Shown here one piece after another: positions 62,037 through 64,000 of a stretch of DNA of 64,000 bases. The stretch is from NCBI GenBank assembly GCA_021787535.1, contig JAJYLR010000001.1, positions 147,648-211,647 of the forward strand, read 5' to 3'. The position numbers and the translations under genes were made by a program. How positions within the stretch are numbered: the stretch's first letter is position 1; the number at the start of each line of letters is the position of its first letter. The notes beneath the pieces are model-generated. The model saw nothing but the letters and a program-made list of their open reading frames with translations. It searched no databases and was not told the origin of the DNA. This DNA is from a bacterium. GTDB taxonomy: Bacteria > Patescibacteriota > CPR2 > UBA1875 > JAJYID01.

Positions 62037-62542
62037 GCAAGGAACAGCTTTTTGATCTAGTAGCCACTGCCATTATTCTAAAGGAGCCATTTGAGTCAGG
62101 CGCCAAGCCCAGATATTTGATTACTCAGCGCTCCGATGACGAAGAAACCTTTCCGGGACTTTGGACGGTTCCCGGTGGACATCTGGACGCGGAAGATATC
62201 ACAGCATTTCCAAAACAGACTGAGATTTACTGGTATAATTGCTTAGAGCGAGCCCTCAGACGCGAGGTAAAAGAAGAGTGCAATCTCAAAATTAAAAATA
62301 TCTGGTACCTGACATCGCTTGTTCGTTTGAAAGATGATGGACACGGCTCTATGGTTATCTCCTTCGTCGCTGACAACGCAGGCGGAAAAGTTGAAATCGG
62401 CGAAGATATGCAGGATTTTGCTTGGGTAACTTATGAGGAAGCTAAAAATTACAAACTATTCGACGGCATTTTAGAAGAATTCTATATGATTGAGAGAAAA
62501 CTAGCCGGTGAATGTGATGTTGAATGGGAAAGGATTAAATAA
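62033..62542 (+). CDS. NUDIX hydrolase
   Basis: PGGH...ALRREVKEECNL. Confidence 0.88.
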   Translation: MSKEQLFDLVATAIILKEPFESGAKPRYLITQRSDDEETFPGLWTVPGGHLDAEDITAFPKQTEIYWYNCLERALRREVKEECNLKIKNIWYLTSLVRLKDDGHGSMVISFVADNAGGKVEIGEDMQDFAWVTYEEAKNYKLFDGILEEFYMIERKLAGECDVEWERIK

Positions 62543-63711
62543 TGCAAGATCCTATAGAAATGCATGAAAAACTGCGGGGCAAAATCATCATCAGCTCGAA
62601 AATCGAGCTAAACGAGGAGACTCTTCCTGTTGCCTATACTCCGGGCGTCGCCAAGGCGTCCGACGCCATCGCCAAAGACAAATCGCAGGTCAATCTCTTA
62701 ACCGGCAGACAAAACACCGTGCCGGTTGTTTCCGACGGCAGCGCGGTGCTGGGACTTGGCAACGTCGGTCCCGAGGCCGCCATGCCGGTAATGGAGGGTA
62801 AAGCGGCCATTTTCGCCCAGTTTGCCGGAGTCAATGCCGTGCCGATTTGTCTCGATACTCAAGACACCGAGGAAATTATTAAAATTGTGAAAGCTATGGC
62901 ACCCTCCTTTGGCGGGATTAATCTGGAGGACATCTCGGCGCCCCGCTGTTTTGAAATTGAAAAAAGATTAACCGAAGAGCTCGATATCCCGGTCTTTCAT
63001 GACGACCAGCACGGCACCGCCATCGTCGTTTTGGCGGGTTTAATAAATGCCTTAAAGGTAGTCGGCAAAGACAAAGGTGTAAAAATCGTCATCTCCGGCG
63101 CCGGTGCCGCCGGGATTGCCATTGCCAATCTCCTTTTTCATTATGGTTTTGAAAACCTATGCCTGTGCGACTCCCAAGGAATAGTCAGTAAAGAAAGAAA
63201 GGATTTAAGCGAGCATAAGAAAAATATAGTAGGAAGAGGCACTTCTCCCTGCAAGGAAGGCAGTTGCAATCTGGCGCTTAAAGGCGCGGATGTCTTGATC
63301 GGCGTATCAAAGCCGGGACAGTTTACCGCAGAAGATATAAAGACAATGAATCCCAACCCAATAGTTTTCGCCATGGCAAACCCTATCCCGGAGATTATGC
63401 CGGATGAAGCTCGAAAAGGCGGTGCGAGAGTAGTGGCAACCGGCCGAAGCGATTTTCCAAATCAGATTAATAATGCGCTCGTTTTCCCCGGCCTTTTTCG
63501 CGGACTTTTAGACAATGGCATTTCTAATGTAACTTCGGAAATTAAGGTAGCAGTGGCCGAAGCTATTGCGGCAATGATAGAAAAACCGACAACAGAGAAA
63601 ATTATCCCGTCAATTTTCGATCAAAGTCTAGTTCCCATAATCGCAAACTCTATGAAAGATTTTGATAAAAGTGGTAAAAGAAAGGTAAAATCAAATGTCC
63701 ATACCGCCTGA
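62542..63711 (+). CDS. NAD(P)-dependent malic enzyme
   Basis: YTPGVA, SDGSAVLGLGN, NLEDI, DDQHGT, GAGAAG, ATGRSD.PNQINN. Confidence 0.95.
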   Translation: MQDPIEMHEKLRGKIIISSKIELNEETLPVAYTPGVAKASDAIAKDKSQVNLLTGRQNTVPVVSDGSAVLGLGNVGPEAAMPVMEGKAAIFAQFAGVNAVPICLDTQDTEEIIKIVKAMAPSFGGINLEDISAPRCFEIEKRLTEELDIPVFHDDQHGTAIVVLAGLINALKVVGKDKGVKIVISGAGAAGIAIANLLFHYGFENLCLCDSQGIVSKERKDLSEHKKNIVGRGTSPCKEGSCNLALKGADVLIGVSKPGQFTAEDIKTMNPNPIVFAMANPIPEIMPDEARKGGARVVATGRSDFPNQINNALVFPGLFRGLLDNGISNVTSEIKVAVAEAIAAMIEKPTTEKIIPSIFDQSLVPIIANSMKDFDKSGKRKVKSNVHTA

Positions 63712-64000
63712 AGGAAATAATCCTCCTCCTGAGAAATCAGAAAGAGAACTTCTGCTTGAAGAACTAGATAAAGTAAATGTTTTTATCAAACATTGGGGAC
63801 CTCTGTATCTGAGATTATTAGATCAAGGTGAAAATATCAGACAGGAAGCCAAGTTTCTTACTGATTCTAAAATAGAAGACGAGGAACATTTGAATCAGCT
63901 CTTAGAGCAATTCTACGATGTGATTGGCGAGGCAAGAAATATTGAGTCGGTCAAAAATGAATACCTGCAAAATCTTAACAGAAGAGTTGAGATTGAAGAG
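63695..64000 (+). CDS. Hypothetical protein, partial (runs off the window)
   Basis: ATG at 63695 (MSIPPEGNN...), open to the end of the window. Confidence 0.6.
   Translation, partial: MSIPPEGNNPPPEKSERELLLEELDKVNVFIKHWGPLYLRLLDQGENIRQEAKFLTDSKIEDEEHLNQLLEQFYDVIGEARNIESVKNEYLQNLNRRVEIEE

Overview
64 kb of a small-genome bacterial chromosome (genetic code 11, almost all genes on +). Gene content suggests Patescibacteria/CPR (inference): short AlaRS and ThrS, NUDIX-inserted LeuS, an FtsA-like/baseplate-J-like/RuvX/MltG cluster and a type IV pilin. Core blocks are tatD; iscS-iscU-trxA-mnmA; alaS; ftsA-like to obgE; leuS-yceD-rpmF-nusB-rnc-smc; rpsP-khpA-trmD; uvrB, nrdR, uvrA, uvrC, yvcK, secG; a tRNA cluster (Leu-GAG, atypical Val-GAC, a pseudo-tRNA, Val-TAC, Leu-CAG) with an IS481-family element; and thrS-ROK-NUDIX-malic enzyme. 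Orphan accessory genes are interspersed. The most striking signal is a dense population of short non-autonomous repeats: about 27 REP-like GTCAT...GAATC / GATTC...ATGAC palindromes plus 7-nt and 9-nt periodic inverted repeats. They fill intergenic gaps and also sit in frame inside housekeeping genes (uvrC x4, uvrB, alaS, leuS, mnmA, and the ends of ruvX, rpmF, nusB and trmD), producing recurrent peptides such as DSGQARMT. Other oddities: a hinge-less Smc, an AlaRS with a rewritten G3:U70-reading motif, tRNA-3'-end-linked repeats, and a candidate pseudoknotted leader RNA. All calls come from reading motifs by eye; no searches were run.
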